Below are positions 37,226 through 50,138 of a stretch of 64,000 bases of DNA, one piece after another (within the stretch, counting starts at the first letter, position 1; every line of letters begins with the position of its first letter). Source of the stretch: Toensbergia leucococca (lineage: Eukaryota). A program made the position numbers and the translations under genes. The notes under the pieces were generated by a model. The model was not told the DNA's origin, ran no database searches, and worked only from the letters and a program-made list of their open reading frames with translations. The DNA lies in NCBI GenBank assembly GCA_022813965.1, contig JALDZS010000001.1:434001-498000 (forward strand), read 5' to 3'.

Positions 37226-38918
37226 ATGCCTGCCCACATTATAAAGTACAAGGCCGCAGCGGTATGTTTGCATCACTGATCTTGCAAAAATTACGCTGAC
37301 AGCGATCTAGGTCGTTACTGAACCTGGCTGGTATGTCTTCTCAGACTCCAAATTCCCTTTTTCATAGCTTTGGGCGCTCCTTAGATGTGTCTCATCACTT
37401 CTGGCACATCTTTGGACGGCAACACTGATTGTGAAACGATGACTAGGTTTGACCTTGAGCTGGGTGTGCAGAAGACCATTCACTGGATCAATGAAGCCGG
37501 GAAGGCCGGATGCAAACTGGTCGCTTTCCCTGAAGTCTGTATGTATACTGCTACAACTAGGTCTCGGGCGGCCCTCTTACGATGATTCAGGGATTCCCGG
37601 CTACCCTTTTTGGTTATGGAAAGTAGGTCCCGTAATTAGAGCGGCAATGGTTTAGCTTATAACTTACTGCGAATAGGTCACCTACCAGCAATCGCTGTCC
37701 ATGATCAAGGCATACCGTGAGAACAGTTTAAAGGTGGACTCTGAAGAGATGAGGCGTATCAGGCGAGCGGCGAGAGACAACCACATGTAAGTATACGTTC
37801 CCTGGCATGACCATCTCCCCCATGCTGACAAGCTTTAGTTATGTGTCCTTGGGATTTTCCGAGATTGATTTTGCAACCTGTTACCTTGCACAGGTTTTGA
37901 TCTCACCGAATGGGGACGTTATCAACCAGCGCCGCAAGATCAAGCCCAGCCACGTCGAAAAGCTCATCTACGGCGATGGTGCAGGCGATACCTTCATGTC
38001 CGTTACCGACACCGATGTGAGTTGTATTCCGCAGTCAATGTTGCCCCATTGGAGTTCTTTCTCATATTCCATCTCGAAGAAGCAATGCTGACTCCTAAAA
38101 CCCATCAAGATCGGCCGTCTCGGCCAGCTCAACTGCTGGGAAAACATGAACCCTTTCCTCAAGTCCCTCAATGCCGCCTGCGGCGAGCAGATCCATGTTG
38201 CCGCCTGGCCAGTCGCCCCTGGTGATTGTATGAGGAAGCACCCTGACCCAGCGACAAACACTGGCGAGCAATGGGCCGACCTGATCACCCCGGCCTACGC
38301 CATCGAGACGTGCACGTGGGTCTTGGCGCCGTTTCAGCGCCTCAGCGTGGAGGGCCTGAAGAAAAACACGCCCGCCGGAGTCGAGCCCGAGACCGATCCC
38401 GATCACTACAATGCATGGTCACGTATCTTTGCCCCAGACGGCGCCTGTGTGGCCAAAGCGGACAAGGATTTCGAGGGACTCTTGCTGGTGGATGTAAGTT
38501 TTTTTTCTTTTTTTTTTGGCCGCGCCCCCCCCTGTCTATTTTTTTTTGGCGGGATATATACTCGTTTTTTTCCTTGCAAATCTTTTTAATAGTCCCGCTG
38601 ACCTTATTTGAACTATTACGAAAGATCGACCTCAACGAAACCCACATCCCAAAAGCCATCACCGATTTCGGCGGCCACTACATGCGTCCCGATCTCATCC
38701 GCCTCCTCGTCGACACCCGCCGCAAGGAACTCGTCACCGAGGCCGACCCGGACGGAAGTAACATCGCTACCTATTCCACGCGCGAGCGATTGGGGCTGCA
38801 TCTGCCGCTTGATTATTCGTCGCCGCATCCGAATAAGGATGAGAAGGTGGGGCTGGTGGCGGCGACGAAGGGGAAGCCGAGGGAGAGTGCTAAGGCGGTT
38901 GCTATTAATGGCTTTTGA
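37226..38918 (+). CDS. cht: Cyanide hydratase (nitrilase superfamily), 8 exons
   Basis: Spliced product [30 protein letters not shown]...; catalytic triad motifs [22 protein letters not shown] and [31 protein letters not shown]. Confidence 0.92.
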
Positions 38919-39179
38919 GAGGCTTTTGAGGGGCTGGGTTGGGGTTGATGAAGGGGTTTTGGGAAGAGGGGGGGGATTTTGATTGGGGATGCCATTTGTG
39001 TTTTTTTTTTCTGAGAGAGCGGAATTTGATTTGTTTTTTTTATAAGGATTTTGTGTCGACTTTGCTTGCTCCCTCCGGCCCCAAACTCCTCCTCTCACTC
39101 ACATCTCAAGTGACCAACACTTCTAATCCTTCAAACCCTCACCCCAAGACCTTGAAAACTAGTCCCCATTAGACCCACT

Positions 39180-40140
39180 ACTTCTAAACCCCATTCAAGC
39201 TCCGAAACCCCAAAGTTCCCAAAATGCATGAACTTTAGTTCATGTCACACACTATCTGCTTTCATATCCCTTCATGTTTGTTCTTAATTTCCAGTTTTCA
39301 GTAGCAGTTATTTTCTCAACCCCCCTCCCTAATTGAATCATCAGATTTATTATTATTAGATCATGCATTTGTCTCTTATCTGTTATTTTTTTATCACCTC
39401 TTTATATTAGATCTTTCTTTAGTTTTAAGCTATGAGGGAGAGAAAAACAGCAATTATCACAAGGGGTTGAAGAAGGGCATTTTTGACTGTGTTTGAGTTG
39501 AGGGATTTGTGATCATGTTTTTTTTTGGTTTTTTTTTGTGCATAGAGAAGAGAGAAAGAAAGGAAGGGATTTGATGAGCTTATGACTGAGATGATCTATG
39601 TGAGATTTGTGACTGATGATGTTATATGTGATAATGAGTTGATTTTTGAGTTTTTATGAGAGGGGAATTTGTAAGTTATGAGGGAGTGAAGGTGATGAGA
39701 GAATTTATGAAGATGATGAGAGAGATTTGTGAGTTATGAGGGAGTGAAGGTGATGAGAGAAAATTGTTAGAAGATGATGAGAGGGGATTGCAAGGTAAGA
39801 AGAGAAGATTAAAGGTGATGAGAGAATTAAAGAAGTAAAGGTGATGAGAGAATAGATGGTCTTGAATTGAAAGAGAAAGAGAGAAAAAAAAAGAGAGATT
39901 GAGAGAAAAGAGAGGGGTTGAAAGATGTACGGGTATGATTTTTAAACAGAACAAGGGGAATAAATATAGATTTAGACCTGCTGTAGTAAAGAATGAGTTG
40001 ATTGTTTTGATTATTTAAAAGGGAGTGAAAATTTTGAAATATCAGACTTGAAAATATGTTTGTTTTGAGAATTAGGGCTGAACTTTTCTGTATTCTATAT
40101 AAGTTTAATGAAATGAGTCTCTCAGATTTTCCCTCAGATT
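39180..40140. repeat. AT-rich, RIP-like tract containing a ~59-bp tandem duplication (~39666-39785)
   Basis: Almost no CpG; repeated gttatgagggagtgaaggtgatgagaga. Confidence 0.55.
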
Positions 40141-40524
40141 TCTTAAGCTAGTCCTGGACGGAACTTGACAAAGCAATTAAATTGAAACGGACTGACTATC
40201 AAATAACCTGGTCCGGGACTTATTAGTCTGTAAGTATACACTCTAAGACTATCAAGAACATTGAAGTTTTTCTCTTTTGTAATGCTGAGTACAGATGTTT
40301 GCTGTTAGGCGTTAAAATTGAGATGAAGGTGTCATGAGTTGTCACATCAATTCGTGCTTTGATAGGTTGGTGATATCATTTTGAGGTATTTACTTGTTGC
40401 CAAATAGATGAGTACATTGAATGTTCACCTTCGACAACCCCATTCCGATTTTCTTCCTCTGTGTTAGCTCTGCATTTGATTTCTCTGCACCCATAGAATC
40501 ATCCCGTTTCGGGCCATTCAGATC

Positions 40525-43500
40525 TCAGTCTGCCGGTCCTCTCAACAAGGGTTCCAAAAGCTCCATATCCCCTTCCTCAGGTTGGACCCCTTGGTCCAGT
40601 AAATACCGCACAATCCGTCTAAAGTCTGATCGGATTGCCAACCACAAAGCGTCTTGGCCGTACTTGCTTAGATCAGCGCCCGCGTGTACTAACATCTCCA
40701 CAGGCTCGACGTTATCGCCTGTTTGTGACGCAGCTACTAAGAGTGGATTCATGTCTTTTGTGTAATACTTCGGCGGGTACCTGTTCCTTGTTTTCAGCTC
40801 CTCGACGGCCGAATCCCGATTGACTGCGGTGCCCCCATTGACATTGGCACCATGGTCGAGTAGCGATTGGAGAGTCTGGGCTTTTTTGGGATACCATTGC
40901 TCTAGACTCCACCAGCTATCTGCTGTGAAGATCCGCTGTACAGTCGCGTTTATTGACTCCATGTCTGCGCCGGCTTCAAGGAGTGTCATGGTCGTTTCTA
41001 GTGGTTGATCCGTCACCGATAGCTCTAGGACGCTCGTGGTGCCCCTACAACGTAGGTTGACGTCTGCACCATGCTGAAGTAGTAACTTGACTATATCCAA
41101 TTTGTCTTCCTTCACCGCCAAAAAGATCGGGGTCTCGCCATCAGGTGTGTCCCCCCATGTGGTTTGGACGTTCACTTCGGCGCCTTTATCAATTAAAAAA
41201 CGAACTATATCCTTATTGGTCTTTGCGGCTCGATGGAGAGCAGAAGTTTTGGATTTGGTAGACGATCCTTTCGCATCTGCGCCTTGGTCTAAAAGACGCT
41301 TTACAATTGCAGAGTGTGCGGAGTCTATGGCCTTTCTGAGCGCGTCGTGTTTGAGCCAAGGATACTCGATTTCTTCATATGATGCATGGAGATCTGCACC
41401 TCTCTCAAGGAGGAGGTTGACAATTCCCAGATGACCGGCGTAGCACGCAGCTTGCAGAGCAGTGAAATGCTTACCGCCAATTGCATTCGGATCTGCTCCC
41501 GCATCTAGCAGTTGCTGGACCACCTCAGTGTTCTCAGAAGAGTTCTGGGAGCTGTCCAGAAGCACTTTTCTTGCCTCGCCTTCCCGGGTCATGAGAAGCT
41601 GAGCTTCAATGCCAGGAAAGGTATGGACTCCACGTCGCATAGGGTCTTTAGAAAGCGAATGACCTGCAGCTCGCATCATGCTTCCGTAAGCCTGAGACGC
41701 AATCATGTTACTGATAACCATTCCATCCGTGATACGATCAATATAGCTCTGATATTCAAGCGGTAAAGTTGTTGCCTTGGGTATTGTGAAACGAGTCTGT
41801 GTTTCCTCTACGGGGCAACCAACAGCAGCTGCCTGTAAAGCATTGCCAAAATGTCCACCTCGAGCATTTACATCGGCGCCAGCGTCAAGAAGCATTCTGA
41901 CGAGCACATCGTTGCCGCTCCACGCTGCGGCCTGTAGGACCTGTCCAAAAATACCACCAGCTGTATTGACTTTGGCGCCGGCATCAAGTAAAGCTTGTGA
42001 CATTATGATGGAGCCTTTTGACGCCGCAGCTTGCAAGGGGTTACCAAAGAAGCCGCATATGATATTTGTGTTTGCTTCATGATCCAAAAGCATTTTCAGG
42101 ATTAGATGTTGGCCCCCAGCAGCAGCGGCCTGTAACGCGGTACCATAGTATCCACTTTCTAGATTCACGTTCGCTCCTTCTTTTACGAGGAGGGTCACAG
42201 CTTCAAATTGACCAGCGAATGCTGCAGCTTGAAGTGCTGTTCCAGGTGATTTTTTATCGTAATGGGTGGCCGTATGAATCAAATGAAAATGTTTGGTTTC
42301 AGCAGTCGAATCAACATCTGCGGTATAGCGCAGGAGCAATTCAATCATATCAATGTGTCCCTGTGATGCAGCAGCTTGGAGCGGTGTTCGGTATGAAGTG
42401 TTTGTTCCCTCATTCGGATCGACACCGTATTCAAGTAGTCGCTCTGCATATCGTGTGCGCCCTGATAATGCCGCTGCATATAAGGCCTTTAGAAGATCTT
42501 GAACGGTGGCTGTCCGGGATATCTTGTCCGGATTCGCACTGGTGGAGAGGACTTTGAGGAAAATCTCCAGTATATCTACTCGTCCAGAGTATGCGCACGA
42601 TTGAAGTGTGTTTCTCGTTATCGGAGCATCTTGTCGTAAGAGGAACTTCACGATTTCTAAATGGCCTGAGAAGGTTGCAGCTTCCAATGCCCCATCATGA
42701 AAGGCTCCAATTGCGCCAACATCGGCCTTGCTGTCAATCAACATCTGAACAATCTCAAGTTGGCCGAACTCTGCTGCAACACAGAGGGCATTGCTCATAC
42801 TGTCATCGCGTGCCCATGAGGGAAGCCACCATGCAGATGGGGGCGGCCATTGCAATTTCTCCGCTTCGCTTCTGCCCCTGACATCTCCACCGTGGTCTAG
42901 TAGTATCTTAACGATCTCAGCTTGACCCGTTGCTGCCGCGATAAACAAGGCAGTACGTCCCATAGAGTCTCTCTCGTCAATTGCTTTCCCTTCTACGAGC
43001 AGCCGCTTGCTCGAATCCACGAGACCAAAGTAGGCAGCAAGGAAAGAACCCGGAACTTGTTTGGGGCAAGTCTGGAGAGTTTTCCATAGAACGAAGTAGA
43101 GTCCGCGAAACAAAAAAGTAGATCGCTCGTTGCGGATAATTAGCTTGTAAATTTCATCAATAACCTGATTCTCTGGAGCCAGACGAGCATGGTAACCCCA
43201 ATTTTCTAAAGAATATGCGAGAAACGTATACCTCGCTAGGAATGTATCGAATCTCTCTTGGCTTTCGTCCTGCTCGTGTATAAATCTGTCATTAAAGAGA
43301 TAAATAATACAAGTTCTTGCAATGGCCAGATGAACCTGCGGGAACCAGAGACTCTCGACTTTCTCCAGATGCTGCTTAATCGACAGATGGATTAGACGAA
43401 TTGTGCCTGTTTGGTCGTTAACTGAAACGAGGCCCGCACAACTAGCAATCACGAGCTCTTGAGGGATCAGTGCTTCTTCGTTAGAATCACCTTCCATCAA

Positions 43501-45445
43501 TTCGTCTTCAAAAGACTCGTTGCTACTAACGCCGTCATCATCGAACCCCACTGCTAGAGCATCCCTTAATTCGTCTATATGTAAGGGTCGCGTTGCTCTC
43601 AATATCCAGAAAAGAACACGAGTACCGATGGCTTTCATTGTCGCAGCCTGAGCCTCGATTCTATCCATTGTCTTGCTAATGCTTTGTGAGATATCTGCAG
43701 AAAGTGTGCGCATTGCCTTCTGCAGTTGTCTCATATTGATCTGTTGCTTCAACTGATCTATGTGCAGGCGAGAAAGGAGAAACCTGTGGGAAAAAATGAG
43801 TACGCTCATACTGGGAGCATGTACAATTGGACTGTAGGATTAATGCATGAAGAAAAAGGAAAGCCTACGTTTCATCTGCCTCTAAAACACAACGCTCAGT
43901 AATTTGAGAACACAGTTTTGTGTCATGGTGAATGCGTCGACCGAGTTCGGGATTGACCCATGGTGAAAGGTAGCTTGGACTCTGGAGCTCCGAGCTGATA
44001 AAGGCAGTAAGTTCCTGAGTGACCGCAGACACAGGGATCAAGTCAAACTGGTCAGCGTGCTCGGTGAGCTGTTGACCAAAACGGCTGCTTATTAACAGCT
44101 TGACCTTTGGTGGCTTGGTAAGATCATTATCAAGTAATGCTTTTAGACAACCTTCTATTACAGACGTTGACGTTCCATGGGACACTGCATCTGTATTGCC
44201 ACATTCATCCAAGCCATCTACTATAACGTATACCTGGCGAAAAGCACCCGACAATTCCTGGAACAAACTAAGCTGCTCTTGGATAAGCAGCGGCTTTTTG
44301 CCGCATTTGTAGGCTTGATAAAGTCGAGACACAGCAGAAGGCATGGCCGGGAGTTGTCCCGCAAGCTCCTTCACGAGACATCCAAGAAGATTACTTGTGG
44401 TTTGTGCCGCCCTATCTTGCCAATCGCAATATATATAGGCCAATGCAATATCTTCTCCAGCAAACAGCACTCGTAAATGTTCAACAACGGAAGCTCTATA
44501 TGGAATCAGCGCAGGATGTGTAAGGAAGATTAGTATCTAGAGCATGCATTAACACAGATTTGCCACTTCCCACTGCTCAGAGGTAAGTGAAATTGTAGTG
44601 AGCATTCAAATATTGGTAGGATTGCTTACTCTTTCCAACGCACCAGAGACCTCGGGGGGCATCCTGAGCTCCACTATACCAAGCTCGAAATTTGTCGTGC
44701 TCCAAGAACCAGAGTCCAGTTGCGGGATGTCTCCGAGATAGGATCTCTTGGTGTCGGTCATGGAAATTTAATGGAGAAAGCCACGAGAGTATCTTTTGAG
44801 CTTCTTCGGCTGAGCGCCACTCCTGATATACGGTTGTGATTTGGCGAACTTCGTCCAAGATCAGGCTACCTATGTCACTATTGGGGCTGGGTCAGTTGAT
44901 CTTAACGTAGATACTGTGCTGCTTAAAACCCGGTTCGGAATGCTCTCTAGTTGCAGCTTCTGCTAAGTACGAAGAGTATATACTCACATCTGCACTACAT
45001 GAAGGATTGGATTGAGGTTATCGCGTAGTTCACTTATCGTATCACGAAGCTTGCCCAAGGTCCCCTGCTGAAATGGATACAAAAGCCGTTTACCTTGCTC
45101 CTGAAGCTGCAGTAGGATGACAGTCTTCTTGGGTAGAGTTCCCAAGGGCTCTTTTGATTTGATCTTCTCAAGCCTCCGCTTCAGTTCCAATATTCCTTTT
45201 TCGCACTTTTTAATACTTGAATTAATCTCATGTACAGACAGTAGACGGGAAAAAGAATTGGCGTCTAGTTTCTCTTCTATAAGTCGAAAGAGCCTATTCA
45301 ATTGATCAATAGATGCGTACATGGACGCCACGTCCTTATCGAAGTCTTTCCATTGATTGTAATACTGGATGATCCCTTGACAGGCCTGAACGCCGAGGGA
45401 AATAATACCAATGGCCGTCCCAGTGATTGATAGCGGGTCTGCCAT
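40525..45445 (-). CDS. Fungal NLR-like protein: HeLo-like/SesA N-terminus, NACHT, winged helix, long ankyrin array; 5 exons
   Basis: MADPLSITGTAIGIISLG; ILSWLSPLNF...GTG-like ATGLWFL; Walker A GKMGSGKS; Walker B IVDGLDEC; RPLHIDELRDALA; many ankyrin repeats of the GTALQAAA type. Confidence 0.9.
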
Positions 45446-46215
45446 AGCTACCGAACCTTCATCCAAGGAAACCAAAGCTATGAGCATTTCTTGTTCGGCG
45501 AGTGCGCCTAGGCTTTGGGACTTGCGATCAATGTCGATTTGAATGTGGAGGTGGTTGAAAGTTGACTAATGGATGACCGGGTTGATTCGGGGCACACTTT
45601 ATTAGAATATTTTACTGAAATTTATCAATGATAGAATACTGAGGTCATCTCATGATTACGGACGCCACATTTTGTTACATTGACATAGAATACTTAGCGT
45701 ATTCATATCATCTGCGACATCTTGGCACCGCAGTTCACCACACACAACCTTTCGTAGGAAGGATTCGGATGAAATGACGAAATGACCATACCTTGGCACG
45801 ATTAGTCATTGAAATCATTCCGTAAAATGGCATCGCATATGCTCGCCAAGGTAATGAGTGGCCCTTTTAGACTGGGCCTTGCAGTGCTGAGGGTTTTGCT
45901 CGTGTCGTGCCCGAACTGCTACGAACAAACTCGTTTCATGCTCCGACCAAAGCAGTTTCTGCTCGCTCAAAGCTAGCTACGACTTGACAATTGACCCCAT
46001 TTGTTCCGCTTAGCCGTGTTTTCATAGCCTTCTAGACGTAGATACAATTCTTGCTACGTAAATCTGTATAATCTTCACCATCATGCCGTGGTCTCCTCGG
46101 GTTAATGGCGAAGGATCCAATTGTCGAAATCTTAGATAGCAATGTGTCACTAATGAATATGACAAGACTCTTCTGAGAATTCTCTTTGTAGTGATAGCCG
46201 ATAGTATCGAAGACA

Positions 46216-48582
46216 CTACGGCGGAGATAAGAGATGCTCCTCTCTTGTGAATAAATCAATGCCCCAAACTCTTTCAATCTCGTCAACATATTCTTCCACA
46301 GTGATTCGATTTTCAGCGCGAGCTCGCCGATTGATGTTGCGATTCGAGAGACCCGACCCGAAAAGGAAATTAAAGGCATGTTTGCAAGCGGCGGCTACCA
46401 ATTCTGGAGGAACCACTACTTTGCGCCGCCTCAGCTCGACTAACAATCTGGAACCCCATATCCAAGTGGGCCTAACAGAGCTACCAGCTGGACAACTGTA
46501 CTGAGTACTCTTTCGGTCTTCAACATTCCTAGCGCCTGTGCGATACTGAAATCCCCAAACAATGATTGCGCGCTGGGCATTCGAGGTGAATATGATCCTG
46601 AGAGGATGGCGAGGGTCATGTGTAGGAAAATCTTCAGCCTGTGAGCTGTACATTGAATTGCATACAAGCTTTTGTCGTTCGAGTGTCTTAGTCATTTGTG
46701 ACGCTCGTCCAGCAGGATCAGAATACCAATCAGCCAACCACAGAGCTAATTTCTCGAATTCTTCTAGGTGCCCTGACATGCCAAGACGTCGTAAGACCTC
46801 TCTCCACGCAACTGGCGGTACGTAGCTTCCCGTCCTTAGGGCTTCTTGCCAAATGTTGATGATAGTGGGCAGTCCTCCCATTGAGGTAGGCCGTCTCCCT
46901 ACGCGCCGTTCGGGCAATAAATAGCGTCCCGCAAGCAGAGCCGTCTTCGTAGTAATTTGTACATGCGACTCTTGCATCGCTTGGAGCGTTTGAGATATCC
47001 TTGTAGAGTCCTGTCTTGTCAGAGCGCTGCGGAGAGCCAGATTCCATCTCTCAATACCCGGATAATCTTCTGAAGTCTGCACGGCTAAGATCGCAAGAGT
47101 TCGGCTTATTTCCCGCTCATCACCAGCTCGATAATATGAGGTAAGCAACGACTGTTGAAGCTTCCAATCCTCGAAGGCTTCTGGATGTTGGTCGCAATTT
47201 ATTACCTCTTCCAGCATTCTGCTATTATTATCTAAGACTTGTCGACGGACTACCTTCGAGAATACCGAAGAGCCGAGTGAGATTCCAGCTTTCTCCAGTT
47301 GATCAATCCGTGGACGAATACTTTCCGGCGAGGAATTCTCTCGACGCACTAACTCCCTTAAAGATAAAGGACCGATCCTATCAACGGAGAGCACCCGTAA
47401 TCCATTGATCACCATGTCAATTGAGAACATCGAGGTCGCAAAGAGCCGAGCGCAGAATTTGTCACTGATTGATTTTGGAGCGATTCCATGAGCCTCTCCA
47501 AGCATTCTGTTCAAAGTTTCCCGAGACATAACGAAATTGTCTTTCAATGATTTTTGGGTGGATTTTGGCCAGGGAACCCACGAGTCCATCATTATCTGGA
47601 CTATATCCATCAGTCGAGAATCATAATGTTCTACCGCGAGTTGGTCTTGCAATGGCTTCATAATCAAAGAGCTTGTAGGAAGGTCGTTCACTTGCATAAG
47701 AAGAAAGTGCCATTTGATGGCTGCATCGCAGTTTCCTTTTCGGCACATTGTCGGAATTATGATTTTGTACACACTGCAAATATGAGGCCTCATATAGACA
47801 CTATTGAAAGCTGCAAGCTCGTCTGAAGCGTCTGATATAGGTTGCTCAAACATTTGTTCCAATTGCTCCAAGGATGGTGGAAAGTCTTGAAATAGACGCT
47901 TGTGCCAGCTGTATGCCATTCTGGGCTGGATGCGTAAAAAATGTCCTACGATATTCACGTATAGCTTCGGCCATGGTGTTCCTTTTGTCTGAAGATGTGT
48001 CTTGGCGGAATTCCACAGTTCTTGAAGTACCTTTCGGCGGGAAAAGCCCAGTTCAAGTAGTAGTTCCCATAACTCGTCTACTTTTTCACCAGTTGGAGGT
48101 AATTCGAAACATCTGTTTTGCATCTCCCTCCATATCATCGCTGCGCCGTCGTTACCGAAAATCCGCCGTCTAAAACAGAAAAGGTGTAGCCACAGCTCAA
48201 CGTCCCTTGAATATTCCTCATGGTCAACCAAGCGCCGTCCTTGGGTTGGGATATTTTCCAGATCCGACTCGTACTGGTGTTGCTCAAAGGTGGTCAGTCT
48301 GTCTCTCCAGTCTCCAGTGGATCTTGTGTTCTTGATTGACTGTGATCCATTTTTGTGGAGTGAAGGTAGGGAGCGTAATTGCGGAGAAGCGTCCTCGTCT
48401 TTGCTCCCTGCCTGTAAGGTAATTGATGAGGCTGACCTCGATCCCTTTTGATGTCTTTCAAATCTGCAGCTTCGATAAGAAAGTGAGCGGGTGAAACCTA
48501 ATGACCTTGGGGAGTCGATGACATTGCGCAGCAGACTGAGCGCTGATGGATTTACTAATAGCCTCTGCAGCGCCGGCTGCAT
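46216..48582 (-). CDS. Mitochondrial pentatricopeptide-repeat-like protein, 788 aa
   Basis: Long single-exon ORF with an Arg/Ser-rich presequence and helical repeats; SDKFCARLFAT and IGPLSLREL motifs recalled from fungal PPR-domain proteins. Confidence 0.7.
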   Translation of the reverse strand: MQPALQRLLVNPSALSLLRNVIDSPRSLGFTRSLSYRSCRFERHQKGSRSASSITLQAGSKDEDASPQLRSLPSLHKNGSQSIKNTRSTGDWRDRLTTFEQHQYESDLENIPTQGRRLVDHEEYSRDVELWLHLFCFRRRIFGNDGAAMIWREMQNRCFELPPTGEKVDELWELLLELGFSRRKVLQELWNSAKTHLQTKGTPWPKLYVNIVGHFLRIQPRMAYSWHKRLFQDFPPSLEQLEQMFEQPISDASDELAAFNSVYMRPHICSVYKIIIPTMCRKGNCDAAIKWHFLLMQVNDLPTSSLIMKPLQDQLAVEHYDSRLMDIVQIMMDSWVPWPKSTQKSLKDNFVMSRETLNRMLGEAHGIAPKSISDKFCARLFATSMFSIDMVINGLRVLSVDRIGPLSLRELVRRENSSPESIRPRIDQLEKAGISLGSSVFSKVVRRQVLDNNSRMLEEVINCDQHPEAFEDWKLQQSLLTSYYRAGDEREISRTLAILAVQTSEDYPGIERWNLALRSALTRQDSTRISQTLQAMQESHVQITTKTALLAGRYLLPERRVGRRPTSMGGLPTIINIWQEALRTGSYVPPVAWREVLRRLGMSGHLEEFEKLALWLADWYSDPAGRASQMTKTLERQKLVCNSMYSSQAEDFPTHDPRHPLRIIFTSNAQRAIIVWGFQYRTGARNVEDRKSTQYSCPAGSSVRPTWIWGSRLLVELRRRKVVVPPELVAAACKHAFNFLFGSGLSNRNINRRARAENRITVEEYVDEIERVWGIDLFTREEHLLSPP

Positions 48583-48686
48583 ACGTAGAAGTTATCGGTG
48601 ACCGTCTAGATTATCTCATACCATTGAAATGAGCAAGTCAAAGCGTTCACCGGGATTGTGGTTACACTTATCGAGTATTCTAACCC

Positions 48687-48768
48687 GGGTCTCGTTGCAA
48701 AAAAATACCGGAAATCCTATGTGAGGGGTCTTGTAAGATTCCCGGTATTTTCTTTGCACCGCGAGCCC
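48687..48768. promoter_or_regulatory. ~82-bp imperfect palindrome in the divergent promoter between the PPR-like gene and COX7
   Basis: ttgcaaaaaaataccggaaatcct pairs with agattcccggtattttctttgca; function unknown. Confidence 0.45.
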
Positions 48769-48926
48769 CTCCCCCCAAGCTCATGGCTGCCCGGGAAGCT
48801 AGCGCGTTAGGTACTCCGGACGGACCGAGGGACCCTACTATCTTTGAACCTCACACCTCTTGTTCTAACCGTACCTACGACTACACGTACAAAACAGTCC
48901 CACGATATCGGAAAAGCGCGCTCGAT

Positions 48927-49596
48927 ATGGCCGGGTAAGCTGCTACTGAATCATCCTTTCTATAGTGACCTCAATCTGGCAAGATAGTGTCCTGGGGAAG
49001 GACAGCCATGACTCGACTGAAGCCAAATCCTCGTGAATACCTTCGCACCCGTCTTGGGCCATGGCTAATTATCAATCTGCTATAGCTTCGTGAACCGAGA
49101 TAATCGAGTTCCCCATTTTCAGCGGCTGTTTCAGAAACACGATGGTCTACGACAATGGAATAAGGTCAGTTCGAGAATAAACGATCTCCCCGTCTTTGGA
49201 ATAAAATCATCCCTCTCGGACACGACCAAGAAATTATATCCAAAATCCTAGAAGAGAGAGGAAGTTTAGTACTTCGATCGCTTGGTGCTGATATTTGGTT
49301 TCAATTAGACACCCCGGAGCAAGTTCATGTTGTACCCTTTCTATGCAGCCATGTGGGGAAGCTTTAGTTGTAAGCCTATACATCTACATTACAAAAAAAA
49401 CTTACTGCTAATATCTTGGGAAGGCTCTATGTATATGATGGGTCGTCTCGTATTGGTAAGTCTATTATCTTCACTCCTGAAGACGGCTTTATGCCAGATC
49501 TCTTTACTCCACAATCAATTCAAGATCTTTCCATTATAAGTCTATGCGCTAACATGATTTATCTAGGGACATAAGACATGGTTTTCATCATCCTAG
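48927..49596 (+). CDS. COX7: Cytochrome c oxidase subunit VII, 69 aa; exons 48927-48934, 49086-49164, 49309-49369, 49424-49455, 49567-49596
   Basis: Spliced MAGFVNRDNRVPHFQRLFQKHDGLRQWNKTPRSKFMLYPFYAAMWGSFSCSMYMMGRLVLGHKTWFSSS; all introns GT-AG; exons sum to 210 nt. Confidence 0.85.
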
Positions 49597-50138
49597 GTAT
49601 TTCATTTCAAGGGAGGGATGGCATGGACTGGAATCTTGCTTTGGCTGTACATAAATCGCCCAAACAACTAGACTTCAATATAGATTCTAATTCTGATACA
49701 TTTAGGGTACAGTCTGTACAATAGCCGACGGTGTAAACCACTTCAATGGGGCACTGATGTACATCATTGTTCATTCGGACAGATGTCGAGTTCTGATTGT
49801 AGAGATTCATTCCGCTAGTAACAACCTTAGTCTCTAAAAAGTAATTGAGATTCAATTTCTCAAGCTTCCCGGGCAGTCTTGACATGACTACTTGGTTGTT
49901 GGCAAGAATTGCTCGCAGAGCCCCTCGAGCCATACCACCAATGCCAGAAATGGTCTAGCTTCGCTTAGAACTTGTACTCGTACTACGGAGTAGTTGGTCA
50001 TCTTCATGATTCCACAAATTCAGTCTTTCATATCCGTACTCTTTTCACTTATTAGCCTTGATACACTTGTGAAGTACCTGCTCGTACGCAGACACAAATA
50101 TTCGCAATTCCTACTCTTCCCAATATTGTCCTCCAATC

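Noticed and set aside
40525..43000. Highly conserved, concertedly evolving ankyrin repeats as in het-type NLRs
   Set aside because: Repeats are clearly divergent from each other at protein and DNA level
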